Assembly (NCBI GenBank): GCA_963782655.1
Contig: CAWALA010000012.1
Coordinates: forward strand, 9,761-73,760
Reading direction: 5' to 3'
Length of the DNA stretch: 64,000 bases
Source of the DNA: an uncultured beta proteobacterium
GTDB taxonomy: Bacteria > Pseudomonadota > Gammaproteobacteria > Burkholderiales > SG8-39
Shown: piece by piece, positions 49,616 to 60,330 of the stretch
How positions within the stretch are numbered: position 1 is the stretch's first letter
Layout: every line of letters begins with the position of its first letter
Notes under the pieces: generated by a model
Told to the model about the DNA's origin: nothing
Databases searched by the model: none
What the model saw: only the letters and a program-made list of their open reading frames with translations
Made by a program: the position numbers and the translations under genes

Positions 49616-50131
49616 GGGTCGGTCACGCCGAGCTCGTACATGTGCTCGAGCGTGTGCCGGATGTAGTCGGTGCAGCGGCCGCGCTCGCCCACGCCCTGCG
49701 CCACCAGCTGGGCGCGGCTGTGCAGGTCGAGCTCGCGAGTGTACTGCGCGTGGCCGGGGTCGGCGATGAAGGCCAGCGCACGGATGCGCCGGCCGCGCGA
49801 GATGCGCACCGGGACCAGCCTCGCGTAGTACACGCGCCGGCGCATCTCCCGGTGCCACAGCCGGCTCGAGGGCGGCGGCGACGTGCGCCGCCGGGATGCG
49901 GAAGGCCATGCCCCAGCAGGAGCCGCCGCGGCACAGGCCCATCACCAGGCCGGGCTGGCGGTCGGTGCCCCGGTAGCGCGTGGAAAGGATGCAGAGCGCC
50001 CGGTGGTAGCCGCGCAGCAGGCCCACCGAGCGCTCGCGGAAGGCGAAGCCCGGCGACCACATCAGGGAGCCGTAGCCGAACACCCAGAGGTCGCCGCGCG
50101 GCACGGCGGCGCGAAACTGCGCGAGATCCAT
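49540..50131 (-). CDS. chaC: ChaC-family glutathione-specific gamma-glutamylcyclotransferase (3' end approximate)
   Basis: WVFGYGSLMWSP, YRGT..QPGLVMGL..GGSC.GMAFR, REM. Confidence 0.88.
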
Positions 50132-50973
50132 CAGTTCGCGTCTAACGCGCGACGCACCTCGGCGGCTGACGCAAGCGGGCGGCCGGCCGCTTCGATAGCC
50201 CGGCGCGCTTCGCGCACCCACTCGAGGTTGGTGCGCGTGGAGCCGAGCGGCGCATCCTCCAGCCCTACGCGCACGTGCCCGCCGCGCGCGGCGGCCACGC
50301 CGGCGAGAGGCAGGGTGTCCACCTCGAGGCCAGCCACCATCCAGGGCGCGCCAGGCGTCTCTTCGGCGAGCAGGCGCAGGTAGGCGTCGAGCGCGTACTC
50401 CGCGGGCGGGAAGCCGAACGCGAATTCCCTGCGAAAACATGAAGCGGTAGATCGGCTGCGGCGCGCCGGTCTCGCGCGCGAGCTTCGCGCCCATGCGCAG
50501 GAACCCGGGCTCGTAGATTGCGTAGCCCGGATGGAAGCGGTGGACGGCAGCGAGCGCCAGGCCGTGCCGGATGTGGTAGTAGGGATTCAGGTACACGAAC
50601 TCGTCGAGATTGACGGACCCGGGATCCACCACCGCCCATTCGAGCAGCCCGCGCCGGGCCAGCTCCTCGATCGCGGCAAAGCGCGTCTGCGCCGTGTGCT
50701 CGCCGCTGAAGGGGATGGTGGGATAGACGATGCAATCCACCCTGGCGCGGATGCCCTCGATGATGCGCGCGTAGAGATCCGCATCGTCGTGCTGACGGCC
50801 GTTCGCTTCATCGTAAGCATGCACGTGCACGATGGCCGCGCCCTCGCGCGCGCATGCGACGCCCTGCTCGACGATGTCGGCGACGCGCACGGGAATGCCC
50901 GGTTGCCAGTCTGCGTGCCCCACGGGCCGTTCAACGCCACTTCGAGCCAGGTCTTGGTCGCCATGAGCGGCAT
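50131..50973 (-). CDS. beta-keto acid cleavage enzyme family (BKACE/DUF849)
   Basis: LEVALNG, GAAIVHVHAYD (HxH), GGHVRVGLEDA. Confidence 0.87.
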
Positions 50974-51009
50974 GACGGGCATTATAGAATCAGCGGCAAG
51001 GAAACCACG

Positions 51010-52089
51010 ATGTCCCGCCCCACGCGCCGCCCGCCGATCGTCGGCCGCTACACGCTCGAAGAAGTCGCGCTCGCGGCGCGCAACAGCGGCATGCCGCTCG
51101 AGGCGCTGCGCCACGACGTCACGCCGGCCGGATTGCACTATTCCCTCATCCACTTCGACATTCCGCAGGTCGAACGCGCAGTCCTGGCGGCTCGAGGTGG
51201 GCGGACTGGTCGCAACGGCCGCTCGGCGCTCGGCTCGAGGAGCTGCGCGGCATGCGCTCCCGCACGTTGCGCGTGACCATGGAATGCGCGGGCAACGGCC
51301 GCGCGCAGGTGTCGCCGCGCTACCCCTCCATCCCGTGGGTGGAGGACGGCGTGTCCACGGCGGAATGGACCGGCGTGCCGCTGCGCGAGGTCCTCGGCGC
51401 CGCCGGCCTGCGCCCCGAGACGCGGGAGGTCGTGTTCCATGGCGCGGACCGCGGCATCGACCGCAATGTCGAGCACAGTTTCTCGCGCAGCCTGGTTCCC
51501 GACGACGCGATGCACGAGGACGTGCTGCTTGCCTGGGCGATGAACGGCGAGCCGCTGCCGCCGCGGCACGGCTTCCCCCTGCGCCTGGTGGTGCCGCGCT
51601 GGTACGGCATGGCGAGCGTGAAGTGGCTCGAGCGCATCGAGGCGATCGACGCAGCCGTTCGACGGCGTGCAGCAGGCGCACAGCTACCACTTCAGGCAGG
51701 CGGCGGGCGGAGCGCGGCGTGCCTTGCCGTTTCATGCGCGTCAATTCGCTGCTCGCGCCGCCGGGCGTCCCCGACTTCTATACGCGCCGGCGGGTGCTGG
51801 GCGACCGGCCGGGTGGGGATCGTCGGCCGCGCGTGGTCGGGCGAGGCGCCGGTCGCGCGCGTGGAGTTCGCCGTGGACGGCGCCTGGCGCGATGCCGAGC
51901 TGGATGCGCCCGCGGGCGACCTACGCCTGGCGCGGCTGGCGCGCGGCCTGGGACGCGCGCGCCGGCGAGCACGAGCTCTCCTGCCGCGCGACGGACGCAG
52001 CAGGCAACGTGCAGCCGCTCGAGCCGCCCTGGGACCTGACCGGATTCGGCAACAACGCGGTGCAGCGCGTCGCAGTGCGCGTGGTTTAG
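51010..52089 (+). CDS. sulfite-oxidase-family molybdopterin oxidoreductase (no obvious export signal)
   Basis: TMECAGNGR (Mo-ligand Cys), WTGVPL, MNGEPLPPRHGFPLRLVVP.WYGMASVKWL, C-terminal dimerisation domain (RATDAAGNVQP). Confidence 0.88.
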
Positions 52090-52100
52090 AATCGCCCCGC

Positions 52101-52650
52101 TTGAACGCACCCCTTCCCGCTCGCCGCTGCGATTGGCCGCTCGCCGTGCACCAGGTGCTGCGCAGCACCGCGTCGGCGTCGTGGGCTACGTGCCGGATGC
52201 GGGCCACAAGCGCCTGATCGAGCTGTGCCAGGCCGATGCGCGCATGCGCAGCGTGGTGCTGAGCACGGAGGAGGAGGGCATCGGACTTGCCGCCGGGGCC
52301 TGGCTCGGCGGCCAGCGCAGCGTGCTGCTGATGCAGTCGAGCGGCGTCGGCAACATCATCAATGCGCTCGCCATGGTGCGCGAGTGCCGCTTTCCGCTCC
52401 TCGTGCTGGTCACGATGCGCGGCGAGAACGGCGAATTCAATCCCTGGCAGGTGCCGATGGGGCAGGCGACGCCGCGAGGTGCTGCGCGCCATGGGCGTGG
52501 CCGTGCACCACGTGTCCTCCGCGGCGGACGCCGCCGCGCCAGGTGGATGCGTCGCTGCGCATCGCGCACGGCAGCTATTGCGCTGCGGCGGTGCTGATCG
52601 CGCAGCGCCTGATCGGCATCAAGAGCTTCCAGGAGCAGGCGAACCAATGA
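52101..52650 (+). CDS. sulfopyruvate/phosphonopyruvate decarboxylase alpha subunit-like (ComD)
   Basis: YVPDAGH, TEEEGIG.AAGAWLGG, LMQSSGVGN, MRGE.GEFNPWQVPMG. Confidence 0.8.
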
Positions 52651-53235
52651 GCCTGCACCGGCGCGACGTGGTGACAGACGCTGCTCGCGGACCGCGGCGG
52701 ACTGCTGGTCGTCGCCGGCCTGGGCTCCACCGCCTGGGATTGCACCGCGGCGGGCGATCACGACCTCACGTTCCCGCTGTGGGGCGCGATGGGCTGCGCG
52801 GCGGTGATGGGCCTGGGGCTCGCGCTCGCGCAGCCGCAGCGCCGCGTGCTGGTGATCACGGGCGACGGCGAGATGCTGATGGGCCTGGGGTCGCTCGCCA
52901 CCATCGGCGTGCAGAAGCCGAGCGAACCTGTGCGGTCGTGGTGATCGACAACGAGCGCTACGGCGAGACCGGCATGCAGGAAACCCACACCGCGCACGGC
53001 GTGGACCTGGCGGCGATGGCGCGCGCCGTCGGGCTTTGCTTGCGGCGTCCTGGTGCGCGACGCGGCGGGCGTGGCCGCGCTGCGCACGACGGTCCACGCG
53101 GCCGCCGGGCCGCACTTCGCGCAGGTGAAGGTGGCGGCGGAGAAGGTCCCGCTGGTGCTGCCGCCGCGCGAGGGCGCGCTGCTCAAGAACCGCTTTCGCG
53201 CCGCGCTGCTCGGCCCCGGCGCCGCCCTGGAATGA
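52647..53235 (+). CDS. sulfopyruvate/phosphonopyruvate decarboxylase beta subunit-like (ComE, TPP-binding)
   Basis: WGAMG, ITGDGEMLMGLG (GDG TPP motif), IDNERYGETG.Q; ATGA coupling to the alpha subunit. Confidence 0.8.
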
Positions 53236-53719
53236 GGCTGGCGGCCGCGTTGCTGTTGTGGTGCGCGGCGGCGAGCGCTGCAGTTGCCGTCCTGGAGCGG
53301 CGGTCCGACGCCCGCGCTGAGCCTGCCCGACCTCGACGGCAAGCAGCACGCGCTCGATGCCTATCGCGGCAAGGTGGTGCTGGTCAATTTCTGGGCCACC
53401 TGGTGCGAGCCCTGCAAGGAAGAGATGCCCTCCATCGAGCGGCTGCGCCTCTCGCTGCAGGGCCGGCCCTTCGCCGTGCTGGCGGTCAATCTCGCCGAGC
53501 CGGACACTCGCGTGCAGCGCTTTGTGCAGCGAGGCGCGGCTCGGCTTCCCGGTGCTGATGGATCGCGATACCGCGACGGCCAAGGCCTGGAAGGCGCGCC
53601 TGCTGCCCGCGACCTACATCGTCGGCCCCGACGGCCGCATCCGCTACAGCTACATCGGGGAGCTCGATTGGTCGCGCGAGCCCGTGCGCCGGCAGATCGC
53701 CGAACTGCTGCCGCGCTAG
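53232..53719 (+). CDS. TlpA/ResA-family thiol-disulfide oxidoreductase
   Basis: Signal peptide, VLVNFWATWCEPCKEEMP, LPATYIV. Confidence 0.88.
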
Positions 53720-54500
53720 CGGCGCTGCTTTGCGCGGCGGTTGGGGCGCACGCGCAGGAAGGCGAAGTGCGCGCGCCCTTCATCACCACGCCGCCCGAAG
53801 TGGTGGCGCGCATGCTGCAGCTCGCCGGCACCGGGCCGCAGGACACCGTCCTCGACCTCGGCTCGGGCGACGGGCGCATCGTCATCGCGGCGGCGCGGGA
53901 GCACGGCGCGCGCGGCCTCGGCATCGAGCTCGACCCAAAGCTGGTGGCGCAGGCGCGCGAGAACGCGCGGCGCGCGGGCGTCGCAGACCGCGCCCGGTTC
54001 GAGGAGGGTGACGCGCTGAAGACGGACCTGTCGCAGGCGAGCGTGGTCACCATCTACCTCCTGCCGTTCCTTCTCGACCAGCTGCAGCCGCGGCTGCTTG
54101 CGCAGCTGCGCCCTGGCGCGCGCGTCGTCACGCACGCATTCGCGTTCAAGGGCTGGAAGCCCGACCGCAGCGAGACGGTGAGGATCTCCGCGCGCCACGA
54201 GGGCCAGGGCGACGAAAGCAGGATATTCCTGTGGGTCGTGCCCGCCCAGGTGCGCGGCGGCTGGCAGGCGGCCGGCTGGCTGGCGCTTGCGCATCCACCA
54301 GAATTTCCAGGAGATCGAGGTCGACGCGACGCAGGACGGCAGATCCCTCGAGGTGAGCACGGCGCGGCTCGAGGGGTCGGCGCTTTCCTTCACCGGGCCG
54401 GATTTTTCCTTCCGCGGACAGGCCGAGGGTTCCCGCCTGACGGGAGAGCTGCAGCGGGGCGGCGGTCCGCGCGCCGCTCGCTTTCGAGCGGGATCGCTAG
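53668..54500 (+). CDS. class I SAM-dependent methyltransferase with predicted signal peptide (start approximate)
   Basis: AALAALLCAAVGAHA-Q, PFITTP, LDLGSGDGRIV, VVTIYLLP, LRPGARVVTH. Confidence 0.8.
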
Positions 54501-55880
54501 AGGACTTTCCCCGGGTTCATCAGGCCCCGCGGGTCGAGCGCGCGCTTGAGCGCGCGCATCAGCTCGAGCTCGAGCGCGTTCTTGTGCTGCCGGATCTCCT
54601 CGCGCTTCAGTTGCCCGAGGCCGTGCTCGGCCGAGATCGAGCCGCCGAGCGCAGTCCACCACGTCGTAGACCACGCGGTTCACCTCGGCGCGGCGCGCCA
54701 GCAGCGCCGCGTCGCCGACGTTGTAGTGGATGTTGCCGTCGCCGATGTGACCGAAGGCGTAGATCGGCGCGCCGGGGAAGGCGGACTCGAGCGCGGCGCC
54801 GGCGCGCTCGATCAGCTCCGGCACCCTCGACACCGGCACCGAGACGTCGTGCTTGACGTTGGTGAACTGCGCCTCCGGGATGCGTCTCGCGGATCTTCCA
54901 CAGCGCCTGCGCCTGCGCGCTGCTCGAGGCGAGCACCGCGTCCTCCACCAGTTCCGGGCATGCGGCAAGCGCCTGCTCCACCTGCGCCGTCAGCGCGGCC
55001 GCCTCGTCCCGCGTCTGCGACCTCGGCGAGCACGTACCAGGGGTGCGCGCGCGGCAACGGATCGCGGGTGGCCGGCGCGTGCGCGAGCACGGCCTCGAGG
55101 CAGCGCCGCGAGACGAGCTCGAAGGCGCTGATGCGCTCGCCGAGCCGCGCGCGCAGCTGCGCCAGCAGCGCGACCGCGCGCGCTGGGCTCTGCAGCGCGA
55201 TCCACGCCGTCGCGTTCGCCGCCGGCTTCGGATGGAGCTTGAGCACCGCCGCGGTGATCACGCCGAGCGTGCCCTCGGCGCCGAGGAATAGCTGCTTCAG
55301 GTCGTAGCCGGTGTTGTCCTTGCGCAGCGCGCGCAGCCCGTCCCACACGCGGCCGTCCGGCAGCACCACCTCGAGGCCGAGCACCTGCTCGCGCGCGTTG
55401 CCGTAGCGCAGGACGTTCACGCCGCCCGCATTGGTGGAGAGGTTGCCGCCGATCTGGCAGCTGCCCTCCGCGGCGAGGGAGAGCGGAAACAGGCGCCCGG
55501 CCTGCGTCGGCGGCGCGCTGGATGCTCGCCAGCACGCAGCCGGCTTCGACCGTCATGGTGTCGTTGAGCGCGTCGACGCTGCGGATGCGGTTCATGCGCG
55601 AAAGCGAGAGCACGACCTCGGGCCGCGTGCCGGTCGGCACCGAGCCGCCGCACAGGCCGGTGTTGCCGCCCTGCGGCACCACCGCGATGCCCTCGCGCGC
55701 GCACAGACCCACCACCGCCGCCACTTCGCGCGGTGCTCGCGGGCCGCAGCACGCAAAGGGCGTCCGCCGCGGTACTGCTTGCGCCAGTCGGTGGTGTAGG
55801 GCGCGGTGTCCTGCGCCGACGGTGAGCACGTGCTTCTCGCCGATCAGCGCGGCGAACGCGGACTGCAGGCGGGCATCCAT
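54497..55880 (-). CDS. FAD-linked oxidoreductase (D-2-hydroxyglutarate/D-lactate dehydrogenase-like)
   Basis: VPQGGNTGLCGG, EAGC, GGNLSTNAGG, RKDNTGYDLK, FGHIGDGNIH, SAEHG. Confidence 0.9.
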
Positions 55881-55898
55881 GTTGGGTATTATCGCCCG

Positions 55899-56639
55899 AT
55901 GAACTTCTCCAGCCACGATCCCGCGCAGGGCGCGCTGCCCTTCGCCGCCGGCAGCGTCGCGCGCACGGTCGAAGAGGCGATCCTCTCGCGCCGCAGCCTG
56001 CGCGCCTTCCGTCCCGACCCGGTGCCGCGCGAAACCGTCGAGCGCATCCTCGCGCTCGCCAGCCGCGCGCCCTCGGGCACCAACATCCAGCCCTGGCACG
56101 TCACCGTGGTCGCCGGCGCGGTGCGCGAGCGGCTGGTCAAGGCCATGCACGCGGAGTTCATGCAGCACGGCGAGGAGGGCTGGAAGCGCGAATTCGACTA
56201 TTACCCGACGAAATGGCGCGACCCCTACCTCGCGCGCCGGCGCAAGCTCGGCTGGGACCTCTACGGGCTGCTCGGCATCGGCAAGGGCGAGCGCGAGAAG
56301 ACGCAGCGGCAGCACGCGCGCAATTTCCTCTTCTTCGACGCGCCGGTGGGCCTGGTGGTGACGCTGGAGCGCGACCTGCCGGTGGGCGCCTGGCTCGACA
56401 CGGGCATGTTCCTGCAGAACGTGATGCTCGCGGCGCGGGCCTTCGGCCTGGATACCTGCCCGCAGGCGGCCATCGCGCTCCGCGCACACGGTGCTGCGGC
56501 GCGAACTGCAGATCCCCGCAGGAGCAGGTGGTGGTCTGCGGCATGTCGCTCGGCTACGCGCGCGCCGACGCGATCGAGAACACGCTGGTCACCGTGCGCG
56601 AGCCGGTGGCGAACTTCGCGCGCTTTCTGCGGCCTCTGA
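55899..56639 (+). CDS. nitroreductase-family flavoprotein
   Basis: RRSLRAF, APSGTNIQPW, FFDAP, LDTGMFLQNVML, DTCPQ. Confidence 0.9.
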   Translation: MNFSSHDPAQGALPFAAGSVARTVEEAILSRRSLRAFRPDPVPRETVERILALASRAPSGTNIQPWHVTVVAGAVRERLVKAMHAEFMQHGEEGWKREFDYYPTKWRDPYLARRRKLGWDLYGLLGIGKGEREKTQRQHARNFLFFDAPVGLVVTLERDLPVGAWLDTGMFLQNVMLAARAFGLDTCPQAAIALRAHGAAARTADPRRSRWWSAACRSATRAPTRSRTRWSPCASRWRTSRAFCGL

Positions 56640-57812
56640 TGCGCGCGCTGCTGCTCCTCCTGGCGCTCGTGCCGGCGCACGCGTCGGCGCAGCCGCTCGT
56701 GCGTGGGCGCGGCCCTGCCGCAGTCTCGGGCCAGCTCGCCGATCTCGCCGCCGACATGCAGCGCGCGCTCGTCCTCTGGCAGGAGAGCCGCAATGCCGCG
56801 GGCGGACTGCTCGGCCGGCAAGTGCGAGCTCAAGCTGCTCGACGACCGCTCGGAGGCCTCGGCCTCGACGCGCCTCTACGAGCAGCTGATCGACACCGAG
56901 CGCGCGGCGCTGCTGCTCGGTCCCTTCGGCAGCGCGGCCTCGGTCAGCGCGGCGAGCGTCGCCGAGCGCAGGCGGCGCGTCCTGGTGAATGCGACCGGCG
57001 TCACGCGCAACGTCCACCGCGCCGGAACGCGCTACGTATTCCAGGTGCCGGCGCCGCTCGCCGCGTACGGCGACGGGGCGCTCGAGGTCGTGCGCAGCAT
57101 GGGGTACCGGCGCCTGCATGTGGTGGCGCGCAACGACCCGGCCTCGCGCGAGGCCGCCGCGCAGCTCGTGGAGCGCGCCCTTGCCGCGGGTCTCGAGCCC
57201 GGGCCGGTCGAGTCGGTGCCGGCAGGCGCCGGTGACTACGCGGCGCAGATCGCCAAGGCGCGCGCGCGCGACGCCCAGGCCTGGATCGCGTTCGGCCAGC
57301 CGGAGGACGCCGCGGACATGGTGAAGGCGTTCAAGCGCATCGGCTATGCGCCGTGGCTCTTCCTCGCGCAAGGCGCCGCCGAGCCGAGATTCCTCAAGCT
57401 CGTCGGCCAGGACGCCGAGTTCGTGCTCGGCGTCTCGCCCTACGAGACGGCCTTCAGGACGCGCGGCAACCGCGAGTTCGTGGAGGCCTGGCGCAAGCGC
57501 TGGCCGGCCGATCCCGGCGCGATCGCCGCGACGACCTACGCCTCGCTCCTCGTCCTCGAGGAAGCGGTGCGCAAGGCCGGGCACGCGTGGAGCCCGAGCG
57601 CGCTGCGCGCGGCGCTGGCGGCGCTCGACACCGAGACGCCGATCGGACCCTACCGCGTCGACGCGCGCGGCATGCAGGCCGCGGCGAAGCCCGCGGTGGT
57701 GCAGATCGTGGCGGGCCGCCGCGAAATCGTGTGGCCCGAGGCGCTCGCCACGGCAAAATGGCGGCTTCCCTATCCGCGCTGGGACGAAAGGAAGGCCCTT
57801 GCCGCTCAATAG
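56639..57812 (+). CDS. branched-chain amino-acid-type (HAAT) ABC substrate-binding protein
   Basis: Signal peptide, NAAGGLLG, LLDDRSE, LLGPFGS, TPIG, IVWP. Confidence 0.8.
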
Positions 57813-58701
57813 ATCGTTCCTCTTTGCCCCGGGCAACCACCCGCGCCGCGTGGAAAAGGCGCTCGCGCTCGGCGCCGACGCCGTGATCCTGGATCTCGAG
57901 GACGCGGTCGCCACGTCGGACAAGGCGGCGGCGAGAAAGCCGGTGGCCGAAGCGCTGAAGGGTCCGCGCCGCTGCCGCGGCTACGTGCGGCCGAACGCCC
58001 CCTCTTCGCCTTTCTGCTACCAGGACCTCGTGGAAACCATCCACGACAAGGTGGATGGCGTGGTGCTGCCGAAGGTGGAAAGCGCGGCGGACCTGCACGC
58101 CATCGACTGGCTGCATGGCGGCGCTCGAGCGCGAGCACGGCATCGCCGAGGGCTCGATCGACCTGATCCCGATGGTGGAGACCGCGGCGGGCGTGGCGCG
58201 CGTGGACCGCATCCTGCAAGCGAGGAGCCTGCGGCCCTACCGCGCACCCTGGCGCGTGAAGCGCGTGGCCTTCGGCGCAGCGGACTACAGCCTCGACGTG
58301 GGGCTGCGTGCCCTCGCACGAAGAGCCGGAGCTTGCCGAGGCGCGCGCGCGCGTGGTGCTCGCCTCGCGTGCCGCCGGCATGGAAGGACCGCTCGACAGC
58401 CCGTGGTTCCACCTGCGCGACATGGAAGGTTTTCGCCGCGCGCTGGAGCGCAGCCGCCGCGGCGGCTTCCAGGGACGCCTGTGCGTGCACCCCGACCAGG
58501 TGCCGGTGGCCAACGAGCTGTTCACGCCGAGCGCGGACGAGGTTGCGCGCGCCGAGCGCATCGTCGCCGCGTTCAGCCAGGCCGAGGCCGAAGGCGCCGC
58601 CGCGGTGGAGGTGGACGGGCAGATGGTGGACTACCCGATCGTCCATCGCGCGCAGGCGCTGCTCGAGACGATGCGCGCGATCCGCGCCAAGGGCGCGCTG
58701 A
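57799..58701 (+). CDS. CitE/HpcH-family acyl-CoA lyase
   Basis: RSFLFAPGN, ILDLEDAV, LPKVES, MVETAAG, FGAADY, CVHPDQ, DGQMVDYP. Confidence 0.88.
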   Translation: MPLNRSFLFAPGNHPRRVEKALALGADAVILDLEDAVATSDKAAARKPVAEALKGPRRCRGYVRPNAPSSPFCYQDLVETIHDKVDGVVLPKVESAADLHAIDWLHGGARARARHRRGLDRPDPDGGDRGGRGARGPHPASEEPAALPRTLAREARGLRRSGLQPRRGAACPRTKSRSLPRRARAWCSPRVPPAWKDRSTARGSTCATWKVFAARWSAAAAAASRDACACTPTRCRWPTSCSRRARTRLRAPSASSPRSARPRPKAPPRWRWTGRWWTTRSSIARRRCSRRCARSAPRAR

Positions 58702-59894
58702 TCCCCCTGCGCGAGGTCCTGCTCCCGCTCTCGGTCACCCTGGCGGTCCAGACGCTGGTCGCGTTCGCCGTCTACTGCGCGCCGGTGATGGCGCCGGTGG
58801 CCGGCCCCGCGCTCGGCGTGTCGCCCGCCGCAGTGGGCTACTACATCGCCATCGCCTACCTGGGCAGCATGCTCGGCTCGGCGGCCGCGGGCGGCTGGGT
58901 GGCGCGCTTCGGGCCGATCCGCGTCAGCCAGGTGGGGCTCCTGCTGTGCTTCGCGGGACTGTGCGCTCGCCGCCTCGGGATGGCCGCCGCTCGTGCTCGC
59001 TGGCGCGTTCGTCGTCGGCCTGGGCTACGGGCCCACGACGCCCGCGAGCTCGGTGATCCTGGTGCGCGCCGCGCCGCCCGCGCTCTTCTCGCTGACGTTC
59101 TCGATCAAGCAGACCGGCGTGCCGGGCGGCGGCGTGCTCGCGGGCGCGCTGGTACCGGCGCTGATCCTGGCGGTCGGCTGGCAATGGGGCGCGGTGGCGA
59201 TCGGGGCGACCTGCCTCGTCCTCGCGGTGCTGATCGCACCGGTGCGCGCGCGCTACGACACCGGGCTCAACCCGAGCGCGCCGATCTCGGTGCGCGCGGC
59301 GTTCGCGCCCGTGGGAATGGTGGCGCGCGACGCGCGCCTGCGCGAGATGGCGCTCACCGGGCTGGTGTACGGCGGCGTGCAGATCACGCTGGTGACCTAT
59401 CTGGTGACCTTCCTCACCGACGACTTTGCGCTGTCGCTGGTGCTGGCCGGCTTCGTCATGGCCGCGTCGCAGGTGGCCAGCGTCGCCGGCCGCATCGTCT
59501 GGGGCGCGCTCGCCGATCGCGCGGTGGCGCGGCGCACGATGCTCGGGCTGCTGGGGCTGGGCATGGGCGTGTCGGCCATCGCCACGCTCGCCGCGGGCCC
59601 GAATTGGCCGGGCTGGGTCCTGTTCACGTTCGCCTGCGTATTCGGCGCCACCGCGGTGGGCTGGAACGGCGTGTATCTCGCCGAAGTGGCGCACATCGCG
59701 CCCGCGGGGCAGGTGAGCCAGGCGACCGGCGGGTGCCTGTTCTTCACCTTCCTCGGCGTGGTGGTGACGCCGTTGCTGTTCAACCTGGTGCTGGCGCTGG
59801 GCGGCGGCTACGCGGTGGCCTACGCGCTCCTCGGCGTGCCGGGGCTCGCGGTCGGCGCGCACTTGCTGCTGCGGCGGCGGCTGAGGCGGGCTAG
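58698..59894 (+). CDS. MFS transporter (ends approximate)
   Basis: About 12 hydrophobic segments, GLGYGPTTPAS, SIKQTGVP, GRIVWG, GWNGV. Confidence 0.85.
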   Translation: MIPLREVLLPLSVTLAVQTLVAFAVYCAPVMAPVAGPALGVSPAAVGYYIAIAYLGSMLGSAAAGGWVARFGPIRVSQVGLLLCFAGLCARRLGMAAARARWRVRRRPGLRAHDARELGDPGARRAARALLADVLDQADRRAGRRRARGRAGTGADPGGRLAMGRGGDRGDLPRPRGADRTGARALRHRAQPERADLGARGVRARGNGGARRAPARDGAHRAGVRRRADHAGDLSGDLPHRRLCAVAGAGRLRHGRVAGGQRRRPHRLGRARRSRGGAAHDARAAGAGHGRVGHRHARRGPELAGLGPVHVRLRIRRHRGGLERRVSRRSGAHRARGAGEPGDRRVPVLHLPRRGGDAVAVQPGAGAGRRLRGGLRAPRRAGARGRRALAAAAAAEAG

Positions 59895-59904
59895 AATCGA
59901 CGCG

Positions 59905-60324
59905 ATGACGCAGACATGCCCGCCGGGCTTCAAGCCGCTGCCGTCCGCGAGCCCGTTCAACGAGCTGGTCGGGCCACTGTACGAGAAGCGCGGCGAGGGC
60001 GTGGTGTCGCTCGGCCTGCGCGTCGAGAAGAAGCACTCCAATTCGCGCGGTATCTGCCACGGCGGCGTGCTCGCGACGCTCGCCGACCTGGCGCTCGGCT
60101 ACGGCATGATGGCGAAGACCGGCGGGCGCGGCGGCTTCGTCACCGCGCACCTCGACATCGACTACGCGGGCGCCGCGTCGATCGGCGACTGGATCCATTC
60201 CGACGTCGAGGTGCAGCGCATCGGATCGCGCCTCGCCTTCGCCACCGGGTACCTGTGCGTGGGCGAGAACCGCATCGTGCGCATGAGCGGCATCTTCGCG
60301 CTGCCCGGGCGGACGGGCACCTGA
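59905..60324 (+). CDS. PaaI-family hotdog thioesterase
   Basis: NSRGICHGGVLATLAD, VTAHLDIDY. Confidence 0.88.
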   Translation: MTQTCPPGFKPLPSASPFNELVGPLYEKRGEGVVSLGLRVEKKHSNSRGICHGGVLATLADLALGYGMMAKTGGRGGFVTAHLDIDYAGAASIGDWIHSDVEVQRIGSRLAFATGYLCVGENRIVRMSGIFALPGRTGT

Positions 60325-60330
60325 GCGCGC

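Noticed and set aside
58308-60324. CitE-MFS and MFS-thioesterase in-frame fusions
   Set aside because: Out-of-frame stops lie at both junctions (TGA 58699-58701; TGA/TAG near 59882-59894) and the thioesterase has its own -10 box; indels are more likely.
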